Shown: piece by piece, positions 12,195 to 26,272 of the stretch
How the letters are laid out: each line of letters opens with the position of its first letter
How positions within the stretch are numbered: position 1 is the first letter of the stretch
Origin: Hypanus sabinus
Taxonomy: Eukaryota
NCBI RefSeq assembly: GCF_030144855.1
Contig: NC_082736.1
Coordinates: 7,564,001 to 7,628,000 of the forward strand
Direction of reading: 5' to 3'
DNA length: 64,000 bases
Notes under the pieces: model-generated
What the model was told of the DNA's origin: nothing
What the model saw: only the letters and a program-made list of their open reading frames with translations
Databases searched by the model: none
Position numbers and translations under genes: made by a program

Positions 12195-14400
12195 TTTTAC
12201 ATCAGAGGTCCCAACACACTAGGCCACTGCTACACCAGGATAAGGAATGCCTATTGTAGTTAAGTCAGATCATTTAACTGTAATCCTGCTACCTGCATAA
12301 AGACAGAGCCTAAGGAACAAGGCTCCAGAGATCAAGATTACCAAGGGGAGGTCATGTGAAGCAGAGGAATGGTTACAGGATTGCCTTGAGTCAGCAGGCT
12401 GAGCCCTGTTCAAGAACTCATCTAACTATTTGACCGATTGATGCACCATCAATAACTCTGAAATGTGGGTTAAGGTAGGTTTTTAATGGCTGGAAGAAAG
12501 AACAAGCAGCAAGTGACCACTACACTACATCCTGGAGACTGAGGCTGGTGCTGTGTCTCCAATCGTGGGAGGAGCCACAGGAGCAGTCAGCGGGGAGCGT
12601 ATCCAGAAGGTATATGTAGTTCACCACACAGATTAGGCCAGGGTCATTACAGAGTTCATTAAAACATCTGTGGAGGTGTGTGTCCCCACAAAATCACTCA
12701 GGGTTTTCCCAAATCAGAAGCTCTGGATAAGCACTGAGATCCAGAACCTGCTGAGCACCAGATCAGTGGCATTCAAGTCTGGAGATCAGGAGTGTTACAA
12801 GAGGTGCAGGTGTGATCTCCAGAAAGCCTCTTGGGCAAGGTGGAGATTCCAGACTAGACTGGAATAAAATAGGGATTCTTGACAGTTGTGGCAGGATTTG
12901 AATGACAGAACCTCCTGCAAAGGTAAATCCTGTGACAAAGGGGACAGCAGAGCTTTGCTTCCAGATGAGCTAAATGCCTTCTTTACTCGCTTTGACCACC
13001 AGAAGAGGGAGGAACTATCGTACACCCCCATGTCTCCCGATGATCATTTGGTCTCAGTATCTGAAGATGATATGCAGGCTGCCTTTAAGAGAGTGAATCC
13101 AAGGAAAGCGTCCGGTCTGGATGGAGTACCTGGCTGAGTATTGAAGACCTGTGCTGTATTCACAGATACATTCAACCTCCCTATTTGGCAGTGTGTGGTA
13201 CCCAACTGCTTCAAGGAAGCTTCAATCATATCGGTGCCCAACAGCAGCATGGTAACCTGTTTAAATGACTATTGCCCAGTGGCTGTTACATCCACGATGA
13301 TGAAGTGTGTTGAGAGGCTGGTGTTGAAGCATATCAGCTCTTGTCTAAATGGTGACTTGTATCCTCTCCAATTCACCTACCAAAGCAAAATCAGATGTGT
13401 CTCGTTGGCTCTTCACACAACACTGGAACATCTGGACAGCAAAGATGCAAACATCAGGATGCCCTTTATTGATTACATCTCAGCATTGAACACTGTCCTC
13501 TTCTCAAATCTAATCAGTAAACTCCAAGACCGGGCCTCAATACCCCCGTGTGCAATTGGATCCTGGATTTCCCCAGGTGCAGACCCCAGTCAGTTCAGAT
13601 TGGCAAAAACATCTCCTCCACAATCTTGATCAGCACAGGAGCACAACCGGGAAGTGAGCTTAGCCCCTCCTCCCCCACCTACTCACTTTTCACCTACAGT
13701 ATGACTGTGTGGCCAAGTACACTGCCAACACCATTTACAAGTTTGCTTATGACACCACTGTTGTGGGCTGTACCAAAGGGCTGCATTGATCAGCATACAG
13801 GAGGGACACCAAAAACTTGGCTGTGTGCCATAATGACAACTCAATATCAATAAGACCAAGGGACTGATTTTGGCTTCAGGAGGGGAAAACCCGAGGTCCA
13901 TGTACCTGTAATCAAAGGACGATTAGTGGTGGACAGGGTCAGTAACTGAATTTCTGTGTGTCACTCTTTGAGGACTTGTCCCAGGCCCATCATATCAATA
14001 TTATTGTGAAGAAATCCCAACTGTGCCTCTACTTCCTCAGGGCTTTCTGAGATTCAGCATGTCATCGTAAACTTTGCCAAACTTCTATATATGTGTGGTG
14101 ACTGGCTGCATTACGGCCTGGTAACAAACACCAACACCAATCCTACAAACTGTAGTGGATTTGGCCCTGTATATCACTCACAACCACTGAGCACATCAAC
14201 ATGAAACACAGCCGTAGGAAAGCAGTGTCCATCATCAAAGATCCTCACCACCCAGACAATGCTCTTTTCTCACTGCTACCATCAGGTAGAAGGTACAGGT
14301 ACCTCAGGATTCGCACCACCAGGTTCAAGAACACTTACTACCGATCAACCATCAGGGGCTTGAACAAAAGGGGATAGCTACACTCATTTAAGGACTCTGT
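12195..14400 (+). mobile_element. Decayed Rex1/Babar-like element (endonuclease end, RT, 3' end)
   Basis: NPRKASGLDGVPG, CLNDYCPVAVTSTMMKCVERLV, PFIDYISALNT, STGAQPG motifs; multiple stops. Confidence 0.75.
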
Positions 14401-14439
14401 TATATTGTTATTTCATACCGGTTACTTACCTGTTCAAGA

Positions 14440-15755
14440 GCTGTGAGGTGAAGACCTTGGTCAGACCCCACGGAGTTAAAAACATAGAAACATAGAAAAC
14501 CTACAGCACAATACAGGCCCTTCGGCCCACAAAGTTGTGCCAAATATGTCCCTACCTGAGAAATTACCCGGCTTTCCTATAGCTCTCTATTTTTCTAAGC
14601 TTCATATACCTATCGAAAGGTCTCTTAAAAGACCCTATCGTATTCACCTCCACCACCGTTGCCAGCAGCCCATTCCATGCACTCACCACTCTTTGAGTAA
14701 GAAAACTTACCCCTGATGTCTCCTCTGTAGCTGCCCCCCAGCACCTTAAACCTGTGTCCTCTTGTGGCAGACATTTCAAGCCTGGGAAAAAGCCTCTGAC
14801 TATCCACATAATCAATGTCTCTCATCATCTTATACACCTCTATCCAGTCACCTCTCATCCTACTCCAAGGAGTAAAGGCCGAGTTCACTCAACCTATTCT
14901 CATAAGGCATGCACCTCAATCCAGACAACATCCTTGTAAATCTCTTCTGCACCCTTTCTATGGCTTCCACATCCTTCCTGTAGTGAGGCAACAAGAACTG
15001 AGCACAGTACTCCAAGTGGGGTCTGAAAAGTGTCCTATATAGCTACAACATCACCTCTCAGCTCCTAAATTCAATCCCATGATTGATGAAGGCCAATACA
15101 CCGTACGCCTTCTTTAACACAGAGTCAACCTGCGCAGCAGCTTTGAGTGTCCTATGGACTTGGACCCCAAGATCCCTCTGATCCTCCACACCGCCAAGAG
15201 TCTTACCATTAATACTATATTCTGTGTTCAGTGCTGGTCACCTCACTACAGGAAGGATGTGAAGAGGAGTGCAGTGGAGATTTACAAGGATGTTGCCTGG
15301 ATTGGAGAGAATACCTTATGAGAATAGGTTGAGTGATTGTGACCTTTTCTCCTTGGAGCGACGGAGGAAGAGATGTGACCTGATATGGGTGTACAAGATG
15401 ATGAGAGGCATTGATCATGTGGATAGTTAGAGGTCCATTCCCAGGGCTGAAATAGGCATATTTTATAAATATTTTATAAATAGGCATACAAGGGGCATAT
15501 TTTAAGGTGCCTGGAAATAGGTACTGAGGGGTTGTTAGGGGTAAGTTTTTCACACAGGGTGGTGGATGTGTGGAATGAACTGCTGGCAATGATGGCGGAA
15601 GCAGAGAAATAGCATTTTCTAAGAGCCTCCTACATAGGTACATGGAGCTTAGAAAAATAGAGGGTTATGCACTTTGGAAATTCTAGGCAGTTTCTAGAGT
15701 AGGTAACATGTTCATCTGAAAGCCCTGTAAAGTGCTGTAGATTTCTGTTTTCTAT
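14440..15755. mobile_element. CR1 3' fragment (- strand, ~14478-15217) nested inside a + strand CR1
   Basis: The host KTLVRPH.E|YCVQ.WSPHYRKD coding is split by the insert, which ends in (AAACATAG)n; the two related 3' ends form a large imperfect inverted repeat. Confidence 0.7.
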
Positions 15756-15759
15756 GAAT

Positions 15760-18440
15760 AAATAAATTACAGTAAATAATTTATACATATATCAAATAGA
15801 GTAAAAATGGTGCAGAAACTGATATAAAACATATATATCTTTTTTAAAAAATGAGGTAGTCTGCAAAGCTTCAATGTCTGTTTAGCAATCGGATGACAAA
15901 GTGGCAGAAGCTGTTCCTGAATCGCTGAGGGTTGCCATCAGGCTATTGTACCTCCTACCTGATGGTAACACTGAGAAGAGGGCACATCCTGGAGGATTGG
16001 TCCTTAATAATGGACATTGGATTTCTGAGGCACCGCTGCTTGAAAATGTGTTGGATACTACAGAGGCTAGTACCCAAGATGGAGCTGACTAATTTTACAG
16101 ATTTCTGTAGTTTCTTTCAGTCCTGTGCAGTAACACCACCCCCACCCCACCATATACCAGACAGTAATGCAGCCTGTCAGAATGATCTCTATGGTACATC
16201 CATAGCAGGTACAGAGTGCTTTAAATGACAAACCAAATCTCTTCAAACTTCTAATGAAATATATCTGCTGTCTTGCCTTCTTTACTGTAGATGCATTGAT
16301 ATGTTGGGACCAGGTTAGATCCTCAGAGCTCCTGATATCAAGGAACTTGAAATCGCTCACTCTCTCTACTTCTGATCCCTCCAAGAGGATTGGTACAGGA
16401 TCCCTTCCTGAGTCCCACAGTCAGCTCTTTTGTCTTACTGACATTGAATGCAATGTTCTGACTGCGACACCACAGCTGGTATATCTCATTCCTGTACGCC
16501 ATCTCATCTCCATCCAAGTTTCTAACAACAGTGGTTGTATCATCTGCAAATTTGTAGATAGTATTTGAGCTATGTCTAGCCTCACAGTCTAGGGTATATA
16601 GAGAGTGGAGCAGTGGGCTAAGCACACACCCCAGAAGTGCACCAGTGTCGATTGTCAGCGAGAGGGAGATATTATCACCGATCCCCACAGATTGAGGTCT
16701 CCCAGTTAGGAAGTCTAGGATCCAATTGCAGAGGGACCAGGTTCCATTGCTTATTGATCAGGACTGTGGGAATGATGGTGTCAAACGCTGAGCTCTAGTC
16801 TATGAACAACATCCTGACATAGGCTACAGAGATTCACTGCCCTTTATTAAGGAAATTGCTGCTTATCTGTTCTAACAGTATGTATTCTGAGGCTGTGCCC
16901 TGTGGTCCTAGACGGCCCCACTATCAGAAACACTCTCCCCACATCATCCTAGGCCTTTCGATATTTGATTGGTTTAGATGAAAGTCCAACATTCTTCTAA
17001 AGTCCAGAGAGTACAGGCCCAGAGCCATCGAACAATCCTCGTGCATTAACCCTTTTATTGTCAAGATCATTCTTGTAAACCTCCTCTGGATGGTCTCCAA
17101 TGCTGGCACATACTTTTTTAGATAAGGGGCCCAAAACTGTCCCCCATTCTTTGAATGTTTGCTTTTTGCCACTTCGCTTTTACAAAAGACCTACATTAGT
17201 AACCTGTTTTCGCATTACAAAGAGGATTTTCGCTTTTCCGAAAATTTTTCTTGTATAAATTAATGGTTCTTCACTTTACACCATTTTGGCTTAAGAAAGG
17301 TTTCATAGGAACACTCTACCCTTTGTATAGAGGGGACACCTGTACTCCAAGTGTGATTTGCCGATGCCTTATCAATCCTCAGCATTCCAGCCTTGCTTCT
17401 GTGTAGTGGACCACTGGAAATGAATGCTAACATTGCATTTGGCTTCCTTACCAACCACCCTAACGGTAAGTTTATCTTTTGGAAATCGTACGTATCTCAG
17501 ACATACCTGACCCTGGTACCCAGGAGGTAGAACATCATTCTGGCATCTCTGTTGCTGCCACAGAATCTTCTGCATGCCCCCTGTACTGTAAGGCTGCTGC
17601 CATTACTGCTCTGTTGTCCTTTCCTCATGCAGAGCATCAGACCAGGGTGTGAGTACCAATGACCTGATGAGCTGAACTGCTCTGGTTTGTCTTCCTCCCA
17701 GGGGTGTCTGAAGGAGTGTACAGCCACAGGGAGATGTTGAACTGTCTGTCCCTTCCCCTTTCCTGTCATGGTGATCACTAAACTATCTGCAGCCTGACCT
17801 TAGGTGTGACCAACTCACTGATCTCTAGTCTCACCATCTTGGAACCTCTAAATCTGTCCACCTCCAGCTCAGTTTCCTTCACACAGTCAGTCAGGAGCTG
17901 CAGATGGTGCATATCCCTGATGTGAAGTTGTCAGGGACACTGACTGACTCCCTGATCTCTAACATCTTGAGGTGGAGCTTGCCATTGCCATAAATACCAT
18001 TTCAACTACTCCAACAGGAAGAGGAATTCCAAAGAAAACCTCAGAAATTTGACTTCCAAAAATTATTTGGCTCATCTCCCATTTCTCTGTCCACATTTAC
18101 AGCTGGTCTATATTCTGCTGAATCCTTTGTGAAACTTGCTCTGCATCCACAACTCCACTAATTTCTGTGTCTCTGCAGACCTACAAATCAGCCCAGCTTC
18201 ATTTTCATCCAAATCACTTCACAAACCGCAGAGTTCCCAGCTCTGATCCTTGTGGGCCACCACTGGTCACAGGTCTCCAGTCAGAATCATACCCCTCAAA
18301 CATGAGCTTCTCTGTTCTCTGACCATGCTACATTTTGAATATTTTCTAGCAAATATCTATTCAGCCCGTATGCCTTCTTGCTTTTGATCAGGTTGAAAGC
18401 TTCACCAGAGTCCATGTGCTCTATATCTACCACCCGACCC
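15760..18440 (-). repeat. Rex1 + CR1 mosaic block, directly duplicated at ~41790-44640
   Basis: The Rex1-to-CR1 junction CATCCTGACATAGGCTACA..GATTCACTGC is the same at 16810-16840 and 43216-43246, and the downstream CR1 ORF1/ORF2 pieces are colinear. Confidence 0.8.
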
Positions 18441-20324
18441 TCATCTGCTTAACACTTTGAGTACAATATTGCTACCCTTTGATGCAACCTGCTGGCTGTA
18501 GTTATGCCCTATCATCTGCCTGCCCTTCCTGGCAGTCTAATTTCATGCTATTTTTGCTTTTTCACTCTCCATCCTACTCTGAGTGCCTTCACTCTGGTTT
18601 CTGCACCCTCCCCTCCACCAAATTAGTTTAACCTTCCCCTATCTAACAAACTGGCAGTATGCCCACAAGAAAACTAATCTCAGGGTTGTGTATGATGACA
18701 GAAATGTATTTTGACAATATTTACTTTCAGCTTTGAACTTTGCCGTAGAGAGCCGGGTGTTGTACTGGTCTGTGTCCTCACTGGCCGGTGCTGTGCTCTG
18801 GCAGCTCAGTGTGCTTGGAATACAGTGTCAGTGTTTTTACAGAAGTGTGTCCTCATTACACAATTGATCTTGTCCACTCTGGAGTTTGGAAGATTGACTG
18901 GAGACCAGAATGATTTGCTTTGGTCACCCTGCTGTATGACAGACACCATTAAGCTGGAAAGAACGCAGAAGAGATTTATGGAAAGCATTTTAGACAATTT
19001 TCTCTGGAATGTTGCAGAATGAGTGCTGATATTGCAGAGGTGTATAAATTCATGAGGACCTGGGGTGGGTCAAAGAGAACAGTCTTTTTGCCAGTTTTGG
19101 GGAATCAAGAACTAGAGGACATTGATTTAGGATGAGATTTAATAAGGACCTGAATGGCAACTTTTCCACACACAGGCTGGTCAGTAAATGGAATGAGCTG
19201 CAGGGGGAGTGGTTGCGTCAGGTATATTAAAAAAGGTACTTGGACAGGTAGATGGGAAGGAAAGGTTTTGAAGGATATGGGATAAGGAGGAGGATAGCCT
19301 TGTTCTTAATGTGGTGGTGAGGGGGTTACAGACCACAAGCTCAGATGGGAACTTTGGTCAGCGTGGACCATTTGAGCTGAAGGGCTCGTTTCTGTGCTGT
19401 GTGAATCTGACTGTAAACCCTGTTGACTCAGTTCAATCACATTAAACTTTTCTAAATGACTTGTTATTTCTTCACAGATTATAGACTCCAGTAGCTGAAG
19501 TGAAGTTAACTGGACTACAGTCAACTGCTTTTTATCTTCCACCCTTCTTCAACAATGGTTTTCAACTCCACTGGGACCTTTCTGAAACCGTGAGTTTTCA
19601 CAGACTTCAATGTCTCTACTTTCTCTCCAGACTTCAGTGCCGGTCGTTGGGACCTGGAAATGTTTGCTTTTAGTCCCTTTAGTTTCACCCTTGTGATGGT
19701 GATTGTTACACATTATGGGACAATGTTGAAATGAAATGTCACCATCAGATATCTGAGGGATGTTTGTTGTGTCCCCATTGTGAACACCAGTGCAAATTCT
19801 TGAGTTGATTTATCTGCTTTTTCCTTGTTAGTTTTTAGCTTTAGTCTTACCGCTGGTTCCTGGAAAAATCCTGCTCCTCTTGTCTGCCTCCTTTGACCAC
19901 AGAAGGTTCTTTGCTCTCTGTGATCCCTCTGTAGAATTGGGATCAACATCTGCTGTGTGTTACAAACAGTCTCTTTAAACATCTGCTACTGTTTATTTCT
20001 GACCTGTCCCTGAGCATATTTACCCCATCTGCCCCAGACAATTTCACTTTCATGTCTCTGTAATTGCCCTTATTTAGGTTGAAGATACTGGTTCTGGACC
20101 CTGAATTCACCCTCAATCTGTGGTCTGGAGTTCTCCCTCATTGTGATCACTTCTTCAGGGATCCTTCACCACAAGATCTCTCTGTAATCACACCTCATTA
20201 CACAGATTACATCTGAAATGGCCTGTTCCTGGGTAAGATCCTGCTGTAAGAAACTGTCTCTGACCACTCCAGAAATTCCTCTTCCACTGTACCAGTTTGA
20301 TTAGTTTAATCAACACACAGACTG

Positions 20325-21520
20325 AAGCAAACATGCACAAAATGCTGGAGGAACTCAACAACAGTCGACATCTTGGGCTGAGAACCTTTATCAGGATTAG
20401 AAGGAAAGAGAAAAAAACTAGAATAAGGTGGTGGGGGAGGAGGAGGAGGACAAGTGAGTGGGGGGGGGGGGGGTTGTGGTTTGTGGAGGGATAAGGATGT
20501 GAGGAGCTAGGTGCCAGGCAGAAAAGGCAAAGAGAGGAAGAGAAAAGAATCCATTAGGACAGAACGTTGGACCATGGGATGACACAAAGGAGGTGGAGAA
20601 CCAGAGAGAGTTGATGGGCAGGTCATGAGGGTGTGTGAGGAATGGTGAAAGGGGTAAATGGCACCAGAATGGGGGAAAAGTCAGAAAAAATGGAGCAGTT
20701 TGGGAGGGGTTGTGATTTCAAGAACTTGGAGAAATCAATGTTCATGCCATCGAGATTGGAGGCGGCACAGTCAGAGTATGAGGTGTTGCTCATCTAATCT
20801 GTACTTGGCCTCATCAGAGCAGGAGAGGAGGCCGTGGACAGACATGTGGGTGATGGCCCTCCGCTGGTCAGGGTCGACCATGGATATCGTGCCCTTGCTG
20901 TCAAAGTCAATATGCAAGTCAGGTTTACATGATACGTAAAGCAAGCTGTTGCCCATGCAGGAGCTCCTGCTCTCCTTGCAGCTGATAATCCAGAGCAATG
21001 GCAGAGACCGATACAACATAGGACGCACAGGCAATCCAGCTCTGGATTGTTCCTCGGGGTTTACTCCCGAAGCTTTCCCATGAAATAGTCGAGCAACGAG
21101 CCAATGGAGGTTTGAGATCAGAATTTTCCTTCCACTAGATGAGCTGCCAACCATCACTTATGATCCCCATCTGCCCATAGCAGTTGGTTATATGATGTCA
21201 GTAAACCCCTTTGCTACTGTCCACTGTCACTAGTTCATTGGGCTTAGTAGCTAAGCCATATATAAAAGCCTGGAGCTGGATTTGGTTGACAGAGGCAATT
21301 TGAGGCACACACCATTGGCAGCATTTAATGGGAAGTGGGAATTTGTCCCATTACCACCCGATCACCAGTTAGGACAGCTGTATGGGACCATACAATATGT
21401 CGGTATGTGAATGGGAACCTCAATTGGAATGAGCTGCCACCAGCAGATCGTGGTTGTTGCAGCTCACAGAGCAAAGGTACACCATTCAGTCGTGCCCTAA
21501 TCTGCTTCTGATTAAATCTC
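20325..21520 (-). mobile_element. Penelope-like 3' fragment interrupted by a ~0.55-kb unrelated insertion (~20850-21395)
   Basis: MSVHGLLSCSDEAKYRLDEQHLIL (GIY-YIG tail) and the CACAAAATGCTGGAGGAACTCA terminal repeat; the PLE sequence resumes near 21397. Confidence 0.6.
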
Positions 21521-21668
21521 TCATGACAATCACATTTCCATTCTCATCTCTCTTTGATATTTCCCCTTTTGTGCTTTATCCCATCAGGAGGAACACCTGA
21601 GCATCCTGAGACCACTCCCCCCTGTGTCTTCTTTCCCTCCCCTTTCACCAACACTGTCCCTACATGTA

Positions 21669-22197
21669 AAGTGCCTATGAAAAGTATTCACGCCCTTTGG
21701 TACTTCCCATATTTTATTTCATTACAACATTGAATCACAGTGGCTTGAATTTGGCTTTCTTTGATACTGATCAACTGTAAAAAAAAACTCTCGTGTCAAA
21801 GTGAAAACAGATCTCTACAAAGTGCTCCAAATTAATTACAAGTCTAAAACATAAAATAATTGCCTGTGTAAGTATTCACCCCCTTTAATATGACACACCA
21901 AATCATCACTGGTGTAGCAAATTGGTTTTAGGAGTTAGATCATCAGTTAAATGGAGATCACCGTGTGTAGTCAAGGTGTTTCAGTTGATAGTAGTAATAA
22001 TACACAATACACAGGTAGTCAGTATACTGGCAAACACTACACCATGAAGACAAAAGAACACTCCAAGCAGCTCTGCAAAAATCTTCTTGAAGAGCACAGG
22101 TCAGGAGATGGTTACAAGAAGATTTGCTAGTCAATGAATACCTTTGGTGTACAATTTAGTCAATCATCCAGAAATGGAAAGAATATGGCACCGCTAT
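21669..22197 (+). mobile_element. Tc1-like DNA transposon 5' fragment (IR/DR-type end plus transposase N-terminus)
   Basis: TA|AAGTGCCTATGAAAAGTATTCAC end; AAGTATTCAC repeated at ~21682 and ~21871; ATG 22044 MKTKEHSKQL...SGDGYKKI*...IIQKWKEYGT (paired-like HTH). Confidence 0.8.
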
Positions 22198-22209
22198 TAA
22201 TATATTTAC

Positions 22210-22930
22210 TAAATGGTGAGAAAATACAAAAATTGCGATGCAAAGGGATTTTTGAATCACTGTGCTGGATTCTCTAAAGGTTAATTTGCAGGTTGAGTCT
22301 GTGGTGAGGAAGGCAAATGTGATGTTAGCATTCATTTCAAGAGGACTAGAATATAAGAGCAAGGATGTGATGTTGAGACTTTATGAAGTACTGGTGAGCT
22401 CTCACTTGCACTATTGGGAGCAGTTTTGGGCCCTTTATCTTAGGAAGGATGAGCTGAAACTGGATGGGGTTCAAATGAGATTCTCAAGAATGATTCCAGG
22501 ATTAAACAGCTTGTCGTATGAAGGGTGTTTGATGTCTCTTGGCCTTTATTCCCTGGAAGTTAGAACAATGAGGGATGACAAATTGAAACTATCGAATGGT
22601 GAAAGACCTTGATAAAGTTGATGTGGAGAGGATGGGAGTGTCAAAGACCAGAGGACACAGCCTCAGAAGAGAGGGGCATCCTTTTAGAATGGAGATGAGG
22701 AAGAATTTCTTCAGAGAGTGTGGTGAATCTGTTGAATTCATTGCCACGGGCGGCTGCCGTGGTATTTAAGGCAGAAGTTGATTGGTTCTTGATTGGTCAG
22801 TGCATGAAGGGATACAGGGAGAAGGCAGGAGTTTGGGGCTGAGAGGAAAAATGTCTCAGCCAAGATGAAAAGAGAGAGTAGACTTGATGGGCCAAATAGC
22901 CTAATTCTACACCTATATGTTATTTCTGTA
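22210..22930 (+). mobile_element. CR1 LINE 3' fragment
   Basis: VVRKANVMLAFISRGLEYKSKDVMLRLYEVLV...LGLYSLE (ORF 22262-22612). Confidence 0.85.
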
Positions 22931-24597
22931 TCACCACCACCGAATCCGCGATCAATTTTGTCAAGTATAATCTGCCCACACAAAACCATACTGATTGTCG
23001 CTAAGCAAGCTATGCCTTTCCAAGTCTGCATGAATCCTGTACCTCAATATCGACTCGGATCTGCTGGTCTTTAAACAACTCCCACATGTCAGGCCTGGAC
23101 TTGTCAAACAGTGGCTTCTCCCAATCAATGCCGCTTGGCTTCTGTCTGACTGCATTCTAACTTGCCCTTAATTTAATACCTTCATACAGGATCTAATTTT
23201 ATTCTTACTCATAAGTAAGAGAAATATAAGATCCCAAAATATTCACTGACTCTCAGCTGTCAGCTGGCCTGGTTCATTTCTGCAAAACTAATTCCTGTCT
23301 GTTCTGAACTCTGATTGGGCTCTACATAATGTTTCAAACACTCCTCAGATTCGCTGAACCAGTCTGGAATATCTTAGCAATAAGCAAGTTGCAGTCAATT
23401 CTATGGAAGATAAAGTTCCCCACTTGTTACTGGGGAGAGGCAATTCAATAATCCTGTCAGTGTAACTGAAGTTTGCCGTTGTAAATGAACCCTCCAGTTT
23501 GCTGTGACATTCCCAGTTGTGTAACCTTTGCACCTTTTAACCCCCTTCCCCGCCACCCACATGTAAAACATTCAAACCCAGGAATGTTGAGCTGCCAGCC
23601 CTGTCCATCTGACACATACTCCCAATGTTGAAATAACCTCATTTCATCCCATCAGTCCCACCACTGGCCTAACATCGGCTCTCGTTCTGTTCAGACTGTC
23701 TTGTCATACACACATTCTCCCTCTTGCTACTCCAGTTCAAACTCCGCCAGGTGACACCATCAAACCTCCTGGTGAGGATATTGGTTCCCCTCCGGTCCAG
23801 ATGGAAATGGTCTTGTTTGTCCCGGTCTCCCACCTGACTGGAAGGGAGCCCATTGATCCATGAATCTGAAGATCCCCCTCCTGCATCAGTTCCTCAGCAA
23901 CATATTAAACTGCACAACATATCAATTTCTCACCACACAACCACATGGTTTGGGTCATAATTCTGTAATTATAATCTGGAAGTCCTGCTGTTTTAACCTA
24001 GTTCCCGAAAAATCAATTTGTAGGCTCGTACAAATTGATACCTGCTCGTTTAAACCTTTCCGTGTCGCACGAAGAAAGCTTCCAGTAAACATATTGACTC
24101 CCCTCCTCATTGCACCTGTCTCACCTTCATTTCGAAAGGCAAATGGTCCTTGTACCTGAAGCCCCACCCACCTCGCACCAGCTCCTCAGCTACCCCTTAT
24201 CTGGGCTTTAGAAGGCGCCAGAAGCGCGGTCTGTATATCCTTATTTCTGCCTACGTATCCTGTTCCTTTATGTGACCGGACAATAATTTCCCTCGCGACC
24301 CAGAGGAATAGTCGTTCTAATGAATTAACCCTCTCATCACTGGATGTGACTGCACCCTCGCCCACCAACTGCTGTGTGTCAGGACACTCAAACTGGTCAT
24401 GGGGCCGGGGAGGGACAGACTGAGGTCCTCGGGGATTTGCGGAATGGAAAAGCACTTCCTATAATTTAAAGCAGGAGAATCAGCAAATTTCCAGAAATCC
24501 TCCAGAATTTACGTGGTGTGTGAGTCAGTTTTTTTTCCGGTAGAGCGCTTTGTGTCGGATAGACTGTTGGAAATTAGCGAGTGTGGTAAAGTGAAGG

Positions 24598-25083
<486 letters not shown>

Positions 25084-25116
25084 AAAACTCCCACTTCCTC
25101 CCGAACACAACACAAA

Positions 25117-25160
25117 GGCTCTTCTAAGAGCCACCCACCGCCTCACAGAGAGAGCCGTGT
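25117..25160 (+). terminator. Histone 3' stem-loop and downstream element (H4)
   Basis: GGCTCTTCTAAGAGCC (25117-25132), ACCCA, then purine-rich AGAGAGAGCCGT. Confidence 0.95.
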
Positions 25161-25459
25161 CCACAACCTTTTAATTATTTTTATCGATATATTTGGCTGA
25201 GCTAATTTTGAAGCAGATTAATCCTTTCTGCTTGAAATATCCCTGCGATTCTGCCTTTTCTGTCACTGATTACGGCAGAAGCTCTGAATGCATTAAGATC
25301 GATTAGCATCCCCTTGTCCGTCTCGGACAGAAATCAGTTCCCTCATTCAGAGAAACGATTCTGTAATCATCCATTTAAATCTTCACTGAGACAATTATAT
25401 ATCAAATGAAACTGAAATTGTAGAATCCGTGATACAATTAATGGTAAATAATATAAAGT

Positions 25460-25562
25460 AATCAAGCACCGTTGCTGGGTGCTGAAATCGGCGGGCGATT
25501 TGAAATTAATCCTGCGCCAATCACACTGTATTCTGATTGCATGAAGTCCGACAGCCAGTAAC
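25460..25562 (+). pseudogene. Orphan distal H3 promoter (H3 gene missing)
   Basis: Aligns to the reverse complement of 62090-62190 (GGCGGGCG.TT.GAAATTAATC..GCGCCAATCACA), upstream of H3; homology stops at ~25562. Confidence 0.75.
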
Positions 25563-25565
25563 TTT

Positions 25566-25731
25566 GTAGAAATCCTTCACTGTGTACGTGGTTTGTGAGG
25601 GAGTTTTCTTTCCCCTCTCTGGAGCTCTGTGTTTCGGAGCTGGTCGATGAGAGGCCGCTCTCGGCCCTGTCTGTCACTCTGACTCTGTCCCCTCACCTCC
25701 CCGCCTCTGTCTCTCTGCGCGTTTCTCGGGC
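25566..25731 (+). pseudogene. Orphan copy of the H4 upstream/promoter region, truncated before TATA
   Basis: Matches 24493-24694 with an internal deletion at a CGGA microhomology; ends at ...GTTTCTCGGGC; no CDS follows. Confidence 0.85.
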
Positions 25732-26272
25732 TGGAGTAGTGGCAGAGGATTGGAGGATGGGTTATGTTATCCAGTGCCGTAGGAAAGGATCGAAGGAAAA
25801 CCAAACACAAGACATTGTTCAGATTCTGGACGGTCTCGGCCTGAAAGGTCGGCTGTTTACTGTTTCTCACAGATTCTGCCTGGCCTGCTGAGTTCCTCCA
25901 GCACTGTGCGGGTATCGCTGCAAGGAAAAGCCTGGGAGCTGAGTCAGGTCTGCTGCTGCAGTTCATTCATTAAAGACTCGGCTGACAATGTCAATGCCCG
26001 GCTCAGCAAATATGCAGATATCACTAAAGTGTGAAGAATGTAACCAACAATACAACAGGACGGTGGTCAATGAGGTCAGTGATTTGAGTAATGACAGATA
26101 AATGTCAGATAGAAAATAGGTGCAGGAGATTCTTTCTGGATGTGACCAGCTGTAGGCAAGGAGGATCTTTCCCCTGAATGAGATCTCCATAACTGAGGAA
26201 AATACCCTCAGAATGAGGCGTAAATCACAAACACCAGAGAATCCGCTGATGCTGGAAATCCAAAGTAATACA

